Shown: positions 1 through 9,649 of the stretch, piece after piece
How the letters are laid out: every line of letters begins with the position of its first letter
How positions within the stretch are numbered: position 1 is the first letter of the stretch
Assembly (NCBI GenBank): GCA_016219355.1
Contig: JACRNF010000029.1
Coordinates: forward strand, 1 to 54,650
Length of the DNA: 54,650 bases
Direction of reading: 5' to 3'
Source of the DNA: Chlamydiota bacterium
Lineage (GTDB): Bacteria > Chlamydiota > Chlamydiia > Chlamydiales > SM23-39
The notes under the pieces: model-generated
Database searches by the model: none
The model's input: the letters and a program-made list of their open reading frames with translations, nothing else
Told to the model about the DNA's origin: nothing
Translations under genes and position numbers: made by a program

Positions 1-55
1 CAAACTCCTCAAAAACCTTAGCTGATTCCGAGGGAAGAAACCCAAAACTGAGGTT
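1..55. repeat. Terminal part of a palindromic repeat element (family B), cut by the window edge
   Basis: caaactcctcaaaaaccttagctgattccgagggaagaaacccaaaactgaggtt aligns to the reverse complement of 19714-19769 (caaactcctcaaaaatcttatcagattctgagggattaaacatgaaaactgaggtt). Confidence 0.75.
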
Positions 56-286
56 AGTAGCCTCTTTTCCCGAAGAGTACTTTTGTATTAATTATTTTTC
101 AATTGTATTTACTTTTTGAAAAACATATTTTTTGTTCAATCTTAAGTTGTTAACAGATCATTATTTAAGCGAAAAACACATGCTTTTGGAGTTTTTAGCT
201 CAAATTAAATAGGCGTTAAATTTTATTTTAACTTACAAAATGTAATTGCTTGATATTTTCTAACTTGATAGATTTTTTACCTTAAA

Positions 287-3200
287 TTGAAAGAAAAAAA
301 TATGGATAAAGATTTTATTCTTAAAAAACTCTCTTGCACTAGTTTTGCCAATTTGAATAAAGCATCTAAGATGGTCGGGAAGAATCAGGTTGAAATTAAT
401 AGCATTACTCATGACTGTATTGACGCTATTGTTTTTGACCGTTGTTCATATAAAGTTAAAATCCATTTTTCTTCAAAGTTAGATCTCTTTGATCCTAGTT
501 GCGATTGCAATGATGGGAATATGTGCAGGCATGTTTCTGCTGTTTTATTAACTGTTTTTAATAAATCTATGGGAGATCTTTCGGTTGAGAAACCTATGAA
601 GGAAGAAAAGAGTGCTTTGAATCCCGAACTGCTCAATTATTTTAATAAGCTGCAAAGCGATATTCAAGAAAAGCCCGTTTTGGAGCAAAAAATTATAAAA
701 GATGTTTATGCCTATGCTTATTGTTTGGAAGTCTCCGGATATAAAAAAAATCATCTTGGTTTTTATGTGATGTATTCTAGAATAAGAAAAGACCTTTCCT
801 ATGGATCTTCCTCAAGAATCTATATAAAAGATCTGCTGTTTTCCAAGACCTCTGCTCAAAAAAAGATGAATATGACGGAATTGGACTGGGAGATTTTTTT
901 TAAGGCTTTGCAAAATGACAACATTTCTTATACCTCCAAATATTCACTGACGGAAGAACTTTTGAAAAAAATGATCGCAACCAAAAGATGTCATTTTGAT
1001 TCTATATTTACCCCGCCACTTAGTTTTGGTGATGACATTACAGTTGAAATGAATTGGGAAGTCGATACGTCAGGCAATCAGGAATTAGTTTTTAAATACA
1101 ATGGAGAGCCTATTTCGGTTTTTAATGTCGGAAACTCGGTGCTCTACATAGACCGGCAAAATTTTACTTGTCACCAAGTTAAATCTCCTTTATCAGCCAA
1201 AGCCGTTGAATCGCTGCTTCAGATGCCGAAGATTTCTGCAAACGATGCAACCGTTGTAAATGAACATATTAAAAACAAACTTCCTGGTTTAAACTTGCCC
1301 AAGCTTTCTGAAGTAAAAACCGATCATTTAAATAACCTAAAAGCCGAAAAAGCCCATATCCTTTTTTCGATTTATGATGTTGGGTATGACTTCAAAAAAG
1401 TTTACGCTAACGTTTTTGTCGAGTACCCTCTTTTTAAAGAACAGCTCCCATATATGTTTGTTCAAGGGGGGCAATTGTGTCTTATTTGCGAAAAATTATC
1501 CAAAAAAGTGAAAGAAAAAATTTATAATTTTGAACATGATGTCGATTTTTGCCGCAAGGTCATTAAAATAATGATGCAGACAAATTTTAAGCACGAACCC
1601 CTTAAAGGACACAAATTAGGCCAGTTTTTCATTAGGGGCGATTATAATCCGAGCTCTTTAAAAAACATATGCATGGATATTTGTGTAAATCTTGTCCCTG
1701 AATTAAAAAAAGAAGGATGGGTTGTTGAGTTCTCAAAAGATTTTTTCTTTCAAGATGTAATGACGCCTGATGAATGGTATGGCGATTTAGAAAAAAAAGA
1801 TGATTGGTTTGATTTGGAACTCGGAGTGTTGATCGATAAAAAAAGAATTAATATTTTACCTCTTTTATCGGAGCATCTTAAAAAATTTGATAAGGAAGCT
1901 TTTTTGTCTTCTTTAGATAATAATGTTGATATCCCCTTGGAAAGCGAAGATAAAAAAATTATTTTAGTCCCTTCCAAGAAAATTAAAGCTATTCTTTCAA
2001 ACTTTATTGAGCTTTTGGATGAAAAAGGGAGCAAAGAAAAAGTAACTTTGAGCAAATGGCAGCTTAAGCAGGTGAGCGATTTTTCCTCTCAAATGGATGT
2101 TGCCTGGAAAACCAATGTCAATTTGCAGGAAATTAAAGAAAAACTGCTAAATTTGCAAAATATAAAATCGGTAGAGGCTCCGAAAAATTTTAATTTTGCT
2201 TTAAGGGATTATCAAAAAACCGGTCTTTCCTGGCTGCAATTTTTAAAAGAAAATGAGTTTGGAGGCATTTTGGCAGATGATATGGGACTTGGCAAAACTT
2301 CCCAAACTCTTGCGCATATAATGCTCGAAAAAGAAAACAACAGGCTGAGCTCTCCGGTGTTAATCGTTGCTCCTACCACTTTAATGGGGAACTGGGCTAA
2401 TGAAATTAATAAATTTACTCCCTCTTTGTCATTTATAATATCCCATGGCCAAAACAGATTTGAAAATTTTGATAAGCTTAAAAACGTCGATATTGTTTTG
2501 ACTACCTATCCATTGCTTGCAAGAGATAAAGATATTTTATTAAGCCATCAATTTTACATGCTGATATTAGACGAGGCGCAAAATGTTAAAAATTGCAAAA
2601 CTCAAGCCCATGGGGTCTTAACCAATATCAAAGCCCAATATCGAATTTGTTTAACCGGAACTCCAATGGAAAATCATTTGGGGGAGCTTTGGTCTTTATT
2701 TCATCTCATCATGCCGGGATTTTTAGGGACTAATGAATCTTTTCAAAAGCTTTTTAGAAAACCGATTGAAAAAGCAAATAATCTTGAGCGGAATAAAATT
2801 CTATCTAGCCGCATTAAGCCTTTTTTATTAAGAAGGACCAAAGAAGAAGTTTTAAAAGAGCTTCCTCCTAAAATAGAGTCGATTTCAACTATTGAGCTGA
2901 CCGAAAGGCAAGTTGAATTGTATGAATCGGTTAGAATCGCCATGCATAAAAAAATAAAAGATGCCATTCAAGATAAGGGTCTTGCTAAAAGCCAGATCAT
3001 AATTTTGGATGCTCTATTAAAATTAAGGCAAATTTGCTGCGATCCAAGGTTATTTAAAAAAGAGGACAGTTCTCTTTCCGAAAAAGATTCAGCTAAGCTT
3101 GATTATCTTCTTGAAACCCTGACACAATTAATTGAAGAAAACAGAAAAGTGTTGTTGTTCTCCCAATTTACCAGCATGTTAGATCTAATTGTCCAATCTC

Positions 3201-3601
3201 TCAATCGATTAAAAATCCCTTTTTCTATTTTAACCGGAGAAACTAAAGACCGAAGAACTCCCGTTGAAGATTTTCAATCAGGCAAAGTTCCTTTGATGCT
3301 GATCAGTTTAAAAGCCGGAGGGGTTGGATTGAACCTTACTGCTGCCGATACTGTAATCCATTATGATCCCTGGTGGAATCCTGCGGTAGAAACTCAAGCA
3401 ACTGATAGAGCGCATAGAATAGGCCAGGAAAAACAGCTATTTGTATATAAACTAATTTCTCAAAGCACAGTAGAAGAAAAAATTTTAAAGCTGCAGGAGC
3501 GTAAAAAAAATCTTATCAGCTCGGTGATAAAATCCAATGAAAAAATTAATTTTCAGTTGACCGAAGAGGAGCTCAATTCCATTTTTTCACCTATATCTTA
3601 A
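287..3601 (+). CDS. SWIM zinc finger + SNF2/RapA-family helicase/ATPase
   Basis: N-terminal CDC...CRH SWIM motif; LADDMGLGKT, DEAQ, LTGTPMEN, QATDRAHRIGQ helicase motifs; ATG at 302 is a plausible alternative start. Confidence 0.92.
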   Translation: MKEKNMDKDFILKKLSCTSFANLNKASKMVGKNQVEINSITHDCIDAIVFDRCSYKVKIHFSSKLDLFDPSCDCNDGNMCRHVSAVLLTVFNKSMGDLSVEKPMKEEKSALNPELLNYFNKLQSDIQEKPVLEQKIIKDVYAYAYCLEVSGYKKNHLGFYVMYSRIRKDLSYGSSSRIYIKDLLFSKTSAQKKMNMTELDWEIFFKALQNDNISYTSKYSLTEELLKKMIATKRCHFDSIFTPPLSFGDDITVEMNWEVDTSGNQELVFKYNGEPISVFNVGNSVLYIDRQNFTCHQVKSPLSAKAVESLLQMPKISANDATVVNEHIKNKLPGLNLPKLSEVKTDHLNNLKAEKAHILFSIYDVGYDFKKVYANVFVEYPLFKEQLPYMFVQGGQLCLICEKLSKKVKEKIYNFEHDVDFCRKVIKIMMQTNFKHEPLKGHKLGQFFIRGDYNPSSLKNICMDICVNLVPELKKEGWVVEFSKDFFFQDVMTPDEWYGDLEKKDDWFDLELGVLIDKKRINILPLLSEHLKKFDKEAFLSSLDNNVDIPLESEDKKIILVPSKKIKAILSNFIELLDEKGSKEKVTLSKWQLKQVSDFSSQMDVAWKTNVNLQEIKEKLLNLQNIKSVEAPKNFNFALRDYQKTGLSWLQFLKENEFGGILADDMGLGKTSQTLAHIMLEKENNRLSSPVLIVAPTTLMGNWANEINKFTPSLSFIISHGQNRFENFDKLKNVDIVLTTYPLLARDKDILLSHQFYMLILDEAQNVKNCKTQAHGVLTNIKAQYRICLTGTPMENHLGELWSLFHLIMPGFLGTNESFQKLFRKPIEKANNLERNKILSSRIKPFLLRRTKEEVLKELPPKIESISTIELTERQVELYESVRIAMHKKIKDAIQDKGLAKSQIIILDALLKLRQICCDPRLFKKEDSSLSEKDSAKLDYLLETLTQLIEENRKVLLFSQFTSMLDLIVQSLNRLKIPFSILTGETKDRRTPVEDFQSGKVPLMLISLKAGGVGLNLTAADTVIHYDPWWNPAVETQATDRAHRIGQEKQLFVYKLISQSTVEEKILKLQERKKNLISSVIKSNEKINFQLTEEELNSIFSPIS

Positions 3602-3684
3602 GGTGCATCTTTAACTAAAAAATTTACTTGCATCTAAAAAAAATAAGACTTTGCCCTAACCTTTTAAGATGCTAAAATAGAGCA

Positions 3685-4890
3685 ATGAATAAAACCAGTA
3701 TAGCTTTTATTTTAACCAGTGTCTTGAGAGCTCCCTTTTGGGCCCTTTATAACCTTCTGGTTTTTATTTTATATAAAGATCTACATGCTTCGGCTATTGA
3801 AGTGGCTTTATTTTTGACATTAAAGCCTGCAATTTCTGTATTGTCCATCTATTGGGGCTCTTTTATAAGTCAAAGAAGAGACAGGCTAATTCCCAATATT
3901 ATTGTTGGGGGCATTGTTGGTCATTTGCCATTTTTCTTTTTTCCTTTCATAGATAATCCCTGGTTTATTGTAATTTCTGGCATTTTATATATGATGATAA
4001 ATCGAGGCATCATCCCTGCTTGGATGGAAATTTTAAAAATTAATGTACCTAAATTTTCTCGTGAAAAAGTTTTTTCTTATGGCTCGGCCGTTTCTTATAT
4101 CGGTGGGATAGTTTTGCCTCTTTTAATTGGGGATCTTTTAGATATTAAGCCGGGGATATGGAGATGGCTCTTTCCTTCTTTTGCACTGCTCAGCTTAACC
4201 AGTCTTATTTTTCAATTAAAGATTCCTATTAATAAAGCAAAAATTATTGAAAATAAACCTTTTTCTTTCTCAGAGCAAGTAACCCAGCCTTGGAAAAATA
4301 TTTGGAAGCTAATTGTTCAAAGAAAAGATTTTAGACAGTATCAAATGGGATTTTTTTTAGGAGGTATGGGGCTTATGATCATACAGCCGATTTTGCCTCA
4401 ATTTTTATTTGATACTTTAAAAATATCTTATAGTGAACTGGCCATTGCTATTTCAGTCTGCAAAGGCATAGGTTATGCGCTTACTACAAGATTTTGGGCA
4501 AACCTGTTGAATAAAATGGAATTTTTTAAATTTAGCTCTATAGTCATCATTATTGCTGCAGCATTCCCTCTAATTTTAATGTTTTCAAAATATAATCTTT
4601 TCTGGCTTTATTTTTCATACATCGGCTATGGGATTATGCAAGGGGGAAGCGAGCTTAGCTGGCATTTGTCCGGCCCTGTTTTTGCCAAAAATGAAGATAG
4701 TTCCGTATATAGCAATACCAATTTGGCAACCGTTGGCATAAGAGGTATTTTCACTCCATTTTTGGGCGCATTTTTAGCTTCAATATATAGCTCAAGTTTT
4801 GTTCTTATATTTGCCTCGGCCCTTTCTTTTTTTGCATTTGCCCACATGATCTTTAATAGCAAAAGAGCTTTGGAAGAAAAAAATCTTTGA
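3685..4890 (+). CDS. MFS-like membrane transporter
   Basis: 401 aa with about 12 hydrophobic segments in two halves separated by a central hydrophilic loop. Confidence 0.8.
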   Translation: MNKTSIAFILTSVLRAPFWALYNLLVFILYKDLHASAIEVALFLTLKPAISVLSIYWGSFISQRRDRLIPNIIVGGIVGHLPFFFFPFIDNPWFIVISGILYMMINRGIIPAWMEILKINVPKFSREKVFSYGSAVSYIGGIVLPLLIGDLLDIKPGIWRWLFPSFALLSLTSLIFQLKIPINKAKIIENKPFSFSEQVTQPWKNIWKLIVQRKDFRQYQMGFFLGGMGLMIIQPILPQFLFDTLKISYSELAIAISVCKGIGYALTTRFWANLLNKMEFFKFSSIVIIIAAAFPLILMFSKYNLFWLYFSYIGYGIMQGGSELSWHLSGPVFAKNEDSSVYSNTNLATVGIRGIFTPFLGAFLASIYSSSFVLIFASALSFFAFAHMIFNSKRALEEKNL

Positions 4891-4892
4891 AC

Positions 4893-5891
4893 CTATTTCG
4901 CCTTAAGATTATTCCCGTTTTGGATTAGTTTCTCGATTCGAGACTGCCACCAATTTTTAAAAGAAGTTTCATCAATATCTTGGGGTGCATAGTTCGATCC
5001 CTTTTCATACTGAAGCCCAATAAATTTTATGGAAGGATCAAACAATTTTAATTCTTGCTGAACTTCTGAAAGGTTTTCAGGTTTATTATCCAGCATGACA
5101 ACAACTCTAGGTGTATAATTGGCGAGCTTAAAAAAAGCAATAAGGACTTTTCCTTTGCTGCATTTATTGGTCAAGATAATTCCTTTATAAAAAAGGGGAT
5201 AACTATTGCAATAAAATGGCAAATCTTTGAAAACCAAATGTTCTATATTAGGAAAACTATTTTCAAAGCTGACGTTAAAATTCTTTAGGTTTTGATAATA
5301 CCATTCATCCGATTTTATATTTTCCCCAAGCTCACCGCTAAGAGTAGATGATAAAGCAAGCAATTTGATGTTTTGCTTTTGCAGGTTAGATAGTACTGTA
5401 GGAATGGAAGGTTCTACAAGCATTTGGGGATTTTCTTTGGTGGCTAAAGAAAATAAAATATCCTTCTTCTCTTTGCTTAAGGGATCTATCAAATTATGCA
5501 TGATCTTAGTATGTTTTCGAATATTGGGAACATAAAGAGGAGGAAGATCTACTTGGATCAAGGTATAGTTAATATCGAATAGTACTAAAATTTCAGTTGG
5601 CTTGTTTTGAGTTAATAAATTCTCAACTTGCGGAGTTAGGTTTTCAAAAGAATCGATTGCAGTAATGTCAGCTCTCAAAGAGCAAAAATAAAAAAAACCA
5701 AATAAGCAAAAAATTAAATGTTTTATACCTAAACAACTTGAAAAATTGGTTTTGGGCTTCAGTGAAAGATCTTGCGATTCAAAGATCGTAAGTGGGTCAA
5801 TATTAGAAATATGAACCCACTTACGATCATTAAATCCCGAGGCTTTGACGAAGCCGAAAATCCAATTTTTCAAATTGTTTAGGTATAACAT
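4893..5891 (-). CDS. DUF2608-like (HAD-fold) exported protein carrying an in-frame palindromic insertion at its N-terminus
   Basis: HAD-like motifs VLFDINYTL and VMLDNKPENL; signal-peptide-like KHLIFCLFGFFYFCSLRA follows a 54-aa segment encoded by the repeat at 5724-5887. Confidence 0.7.
   Translation of the reverse strand: MLYLNNLKNWIFGFVKASGFNDRKWVHISNIDPLTIFESQDLSLKPKTNFSSCLGIKHLIFCLFGFFYFCSLRADITAIDSFENLTPQVENLLTQNKPTEILVLFDINYTLIQVDLPPLYVPNIRKHTKIMHNLIDPLSKEKKDILFSLATKENPQMLVEPSIPTVLSNLQKQNIKLLALSSTLSGELGENIKSDEWYYQNLKNFNVSFENSFPNIEHLVFKDLPFYCNSYPLFYKGIILTNKCSKGKVLIAFFKLANYTPRVVVMLDNKPENLSEVQQELKLFDPSIKFIGLQYEKGSNYAPQDIDETSFKNWWQSRIEKLIQNGNNLKAK
5724..5887. mobile_element. Palindromic MITE/RPE-like element, family A, long form (164 bp)
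   Basis: ~37-bp imperfect terminal inverted repeats (tatacctaaacaa...ttgtttaggtata) ending in TA; perfect inner 14-bp stem gatcgtaagtgggt/acccacttacgatc; second copy at 22586-22683. Confidence 0.85.
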
Positions 5892-5950
5892 AGAAGGCTT
5901 TGAAGAAGCCGAAAATCCGATTTTTCAAATTGTTTAGGTATAACATAGAA
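5841..5950. repeat. 55-bp tandem duplication spanning one end of the family A element and the adjacent start codon
   Basis: 5841-5895 and 5896-5950 are identical except for 2 mismatches. Confidence 0.9.
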
Positions 5951-6185
5951 TCCTCTGTTCCAATTAAGTGGGTCCATTTTATCAAATTGGATATTTTTTT
6001 AGATTAAAAAAGTAGGTTCTCCACAAACGGGCACTTCACTAACGGCTTCGGTGCTTCCATTTTCAATTTTTAGATCAAGCCATCTACGAATTAATTCTTT
6101 ACGATATTCAGTTGGATCAAAGTGTACAAAAACTCTTTGAAGTGTCTGTATTATAAAGCATTAAGAGCAGCTCTTAAAGTTGAGG

Positions 6186-7268
6186 TTACATGTTTTTATT
6201 TTCTAAAATCTTTAAAAAAGCACGATTAATATAGTAAATTTCTCTGCCTTTTTTAATTCCTTCAAGAATGCCTATTTTTTCTAATTCTTTTAAGTATAAT
6301 GAAGCTGTTTGCCTATGAGCAATTTTTGCCTCTTCAAGAAACTTTATCTTGCAATAAGGGTAATAAAAAATTATCTCAATTAATTCTTTTGAAAAAAGTT
6401 TAGGTAATTTTTCTTTAACATTTGCAGCTGTTTCATTCATAATTTTTTGTATAGATAGAATTTTTTCCTTTGTAAGATTAGCTGTTTGAATAATTGCTTC
6501 TAAAATATATAAAATCCAGTCTTCCCATGCATTTTTTTCAGCAATAGCTCTTAGCTTTAAATAATAATTATGTTTGTTGTCAATAATATACCTTGATAGA
6601 TAAAGAATGGGCAAATCTAATAGTTTTTTCTCTATTAAATACAGAATATTGATTATTCTGCCGCTTCTTCCATTTCCGTCATAAAAAGGATGTATAGCTT
6701 CAAATTGATAATGGATGATAGCTGATTTAATCAAGGGATCTAAATCGTTTTCTAAATAAATAAATTTTTCTAAATTATCTAATTTTTCTCTAATGACGGC
6801 TTCTCCTTCAGGCGGAAAATAAACGACTTCTCCAAATGAATTAACTAGTTTTGTCCCGGGTAATTTTCGAATACCAACTTTTCTATTTGTAATGATATCT
6901 ACAATTTCTTCGAATAAGGATACATTTAGCAATCGTCCTTTTTTTATACTATTGTAGCCATGCCATAAAGCATCTTTATACCTTAAAACTTCTTTTGTAT
7001 TGGGATCTGTATTTACATTGTTTTCCCCAAAAGCTCTGTATAATTCATCATTAGTTATTACAATGTTTTCTATTTCTGAGGATAATTTGGCTTCTTGAAG
7101 TCCAATGATTTGAAGTAAAATTGCTTGGTTAGGAATTAAATTTGCAATTCCTTTTAGTTCAGCAATTTCCTTATTGGCAATAATTGCCTTTTTTAAAATT
7201 TGAGGAGTTTCCAAATCACATTTTGGAGGAAGTAAAGGAAGCTCATTAAAAGGTTTATTTGGATCCAA
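6186..7268 (-). CDS. Fic-domain protein (AMPylase) with N-terminal inhibitory motif and probable C-terminal HTH
   Basis: Canonical Fic motif HPFYDGNGRSGR; SSEIEN matches the (S/T)xxxE(G/N) autoinhibition motif; C-terminal HRQTASLYLKELEKIG is HTH-like. Confidence 0.92.
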   Translation of the reverse strand: MDPNKPFNELPLLPPKCDLETPQILKKAIIANKEIAELKGIANLIPNQAILLQIIGLQEAKLSSEIENIVITNDELYRAFGENNVNTDPNTKEVLRYKDALWHGYNSIKKGRLLNVSLFEEIVDIITNRKVGIRKLPGTKLVNSFGEVVYFPPEGEAVIREKLDNLEKFIYLENDLDPLIKSAIIHYQFEAIHPFYDGNGRSGRIINILYLIEKKLLDLPILYLSRYIIDNKHNYYLKLRAIAEKNAWEDWILYILEAIIQTANLTKEKILSIQKIMNETAANVKEKLPKLFSKELIEIIFYYPYCKIKFLEEAKIAHRQTASLYLKELEKIGILEGIKKGREIYYINRAFLKILENKNM

Positions 7269-7306
7269 AAATAACTCATTTGTTGATTAAATAAACATAT
7301 TATTAA

Positions 7307-7341
7307 AACATGTCGAAAAAATCAATGTTTTTCGACATGTT
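7307..7341. promoter_or_regulatory. Perfect 14-bp inverted repeat (operator or terminator) between dnaJ and fic
   Basis: aacatgtcgaaaaa-N7-tttttcgacatgtt. Confidence 0.6.
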
Positions 7342-7393
7342 ATTTAAAAGCTATTCATTGTTAATGAGTTAAAATACAACAAAAGTTGAAAAC

Positions 7394-8545
7394 TTAAGAA
7401 AAAAATGACTTTAACTTATCTAAAAAGCTCGATTTTTGAGGATGGTTGCCTGGACTTTCCAACTCTTTTAACTCTTCAAAGAGCTCTTTTTGTTTGGATG
7501 ATAATCTCACGGGAGTTTCAATGTTAAGGCGAACTAGTAAATCGCCAAAGCCATTACCGTGAACATTAGGAAATCCTTTTTCTTTTATGCGTAAAAGTTT
7601 AGAGTTTTGAGTCCCTTCGGGAATAATAATTTTGCTTGAGTCTCCATGAGGGGTCGGAACGTCTTTTTTAGTCCCAAGGGCAGCTTCGGAAAAAGTTATT
7701 GGGATATCTAAGTAAACATCATCGCCTTCACGAATAAAGGCGTCATGAGGTTTTACTGTGATAAACACAAATAAATCTCCGGCTGGCCCACCACCTTCGC
7801 CGGCATCTCCATAGCCGGACATTTTTAAACGCATGTTGCTATCTACCCCGGCAGGGATGTGAATTTTTACATTTTGTTTCTTTTTGATGCGGCCATAACC
7901 ATGGCACTCGGGGCAGGGATTAACAATAACTTTTCCATTTCCATGGCAACGAGAGCAGGTTGTGGCCATACTAAAAAAACCGCGGCTTTGATAAATCTGG
8001 CCGGTTCCTCGGCATGTTGGGCAAGTTTGAATATCTTTAGAAGATTTAGCTCCTTTGCCATCACATGCGTCGCACGCAACATGGTTAGAAATTGCCATTT
8101 CTTTATCAGTGCCTGAAATAGCTTCTTCAAATGAGATTGTTAAAGAGACTTTTTTAGAAGTTCCCTTGACCGCTCCCTCATCGGATGTATCAAAACCAAA
8201 AAGAGAATCAAAAATAGAACCGCCGCCTCCGCTACCTTCGCCAGCGCCAAAAGCTCCCATAAAGGTTCTAAGGGCTTCTTCCATAGAAGAAAAGCCACCG
8301 CCAGGCATTCCACCAAAACCGCCTGATTTAACCGCTTCTTCGCCATATTGATCGTAAGTTCTTCTTTTATTGTCATCGCTCAAGATTTCATAGGCTTCAG
8401 AAACTTTTTTAAATTGAGCTTCGGCAGTAGGATCGTTTGGGTTGCGGTCAGGATGAAACTTTAAAGCTTGCTTTCGGTAAGCTTTTTTAATTTCATCGGA
8501 AGTAGCATTTTTGGAAATGCCTAAAACTTGATAATAATCTGCCAT
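7394..8545 (-). CDS. dnaJ: Chaperone DnaJ
   Basis: J domain with HPD, G/F-rich region, four CxxCxGxG repeats. Confidence 0.98.
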   Translation of the reverse strand: MADYYQVLGISKNATSDEIKKAYRKQALKFHPDRNPNDPTAEAQFKKVSEAYEILSDDNKRRTYDQYGEEAVKSGGFGGMPGGGFSSMEEALRTFMGAFGAGEGSGGGGSIFDSLFGFDTSDEGAVKGTSKKVSLTISFEEAISGTDKEMAISNHVACDACDGKGAKSSKDIQTCPTCRGTGQIYQSRGFFSMATTCSRCHGNGKVIVNPCPECHGYGRIKKKQNVKIHIPAGVDSNMRLKMSGYGDAGEGGGPAGDLFVFITVKPHDAFIREGDDVYLDIPITFSEAALGTKKDVPTPHGDSSKIIIPEGTQNSKLLRIKEKGFPNVHGNGFGDLLVRLNIETPVRLSSKQKELFEELKELESPGNHPQKSSFLDKLKSFFS

Positions 8546-8603
8546 ACAAGTTCGCTTTTTTAAATGAGACTATAGCTTTTTTCTGAATAATCATCAATAG
8601 GTT

Positions 8604-8630
8604 TTAGCAAAAGATGGTGTAAAGTGCTAA
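8604..8630 (-). promoter_or_regulatory. CIRCE-like HrcA operator upstream of dnaJ
   Basis: Minus strand TTAGCACTT-N9-TTTTGCTAA versus consensus TTAGCACTC-N9-GAGTGCTAA; exact 9-nt spacer; about 60 bp upstream of dnaJ; overlaps the rpsU stop codon. Confidence 0.7.
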
Positions 8631-8821
8631 AATTTTCTTCTGACAACAGTTTTAGCCCTTTTTCTGGCCGCTTTTGATTTGGCTCTTTTTTTAACAGACG
8701 GCTTATCGTAAAACCTATGGGCTTTAGCCGTTTTCATTATACCTTCTTTATCAAGCTTCTTTTTTAAGATTCGAAGCGCTTTGTCGATAGGTTCTCCAAT
8801 TCGAACTTTAACACTTGGCAT
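8627..8821 (-). CDS. rpsU: 30S ribosomal protein S21
   Basis: [17 protein letters not shown]...[10 protein letters not shown] signature. Confidence 0.97.
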   Translation of the reverse strand: MPSVKVRIGEPIDKALRILKKKLDKEGIMKTAKAHRFYDKPSVKKRAKSKAARKRAKTVVRRKF

Positions 8822-8882
8822 GTACTTTGGTCTCCAATTTTTATCTTCATGAGAAAATTATATAAGATTGTTTCATTATTGA

Positions 8883-9512
8883 TCAAGCTTTAGGGCTTTT
8901 TAAATACAAAAGATCGATTTTAGAGGCTCTGGAAAAATCCTTTTTTTGAAATTTTTTGTTGGTGATTTCTATAATATGCTTGGGATCATAAGCTCTTTTT
9001 TCAATTTTCACTCCTTTAAAAATATCATTTATCCCAATGAGGCTGTTTTCAGGGATAATTACAGTGAAGTCTAAAATAATTTTGCTTAACTCCTCTTTGG
9101 TGACAAGCTTTGGGGTTTCATAAGCAATCTCATCTTTTTTCTTTTCCCCATTTAAAATAAAAAATTCATCGCTTCGAGCGTCTAAGACTGTTATAAATTT
9201 TCCTTCATTTTGGGGAATATAGCCCATCAGAGAGGGAAAAGTGATTATAGGAATTTTTTTAACATAGCAAAGGGCTTGGACAATAGAGGCTCCCACCCTT
9301 AGACCAGTAAAAGAGCCGGGCCCTATTGATACGGCTATGTAGGAGAGGTTGTCCAAAGAAATGTTTTCTTTTTGCATTAGGTTAGAAAGCTCTAAAGATA
9401 GATTTTGAGATAGGGGGGCGGTTTGCTTAATTAGGATAATGATGGGTTTTTCGTTGCTAACATAGATTAAGTAGCAAATATCTTGGGAAGTATCTAAAAT
9501 TAATGCTTGCAT
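8883..9512 (-). CDS. tsaB: tRNA threonylcarbamoyladenosine biosynthesis protein TsaB
   Basis: LILDTS, GPGSFTGLRVG and DAR motifs. Confidence 0.93.
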   Translation of the reverse strand: MQALILDTSQDICYLIYVSNEKPIIILIKQTAPLSQNLSLELSNLMQKENISLDNLSYIAVSIGPGSFTGLRVGASIVQALCYVKKIPIITFPSLMGYIPQNEGKFITVLDARSDEFFILNGEKKKDEIAYETPKLVTKEELSKIILDFTVIIPENSLIGINDIFKGVKIEKRAYDPKHIIEITNKKFQKKDFSRASKIDLLYLKSPKA

Positions 9513-9649
9513 AAAGTATTATTTGACATTCAAAATGTAAATTTTGCATAAAAAGCTTAGAATTTATTATAGCAAAGAGTATAAAAAAGCTGTAGCTCAA
9601 ATTTACTCAGAAATGATAAATTATAAAGATTAATTTTAAGGAGACTTGC

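Noticed and set aside
5841-5950. CRISPR array
   Set aside because: Only two adjacent 55-bp copies with no spacer, derived from a palindromic element end; no cas genes in the window
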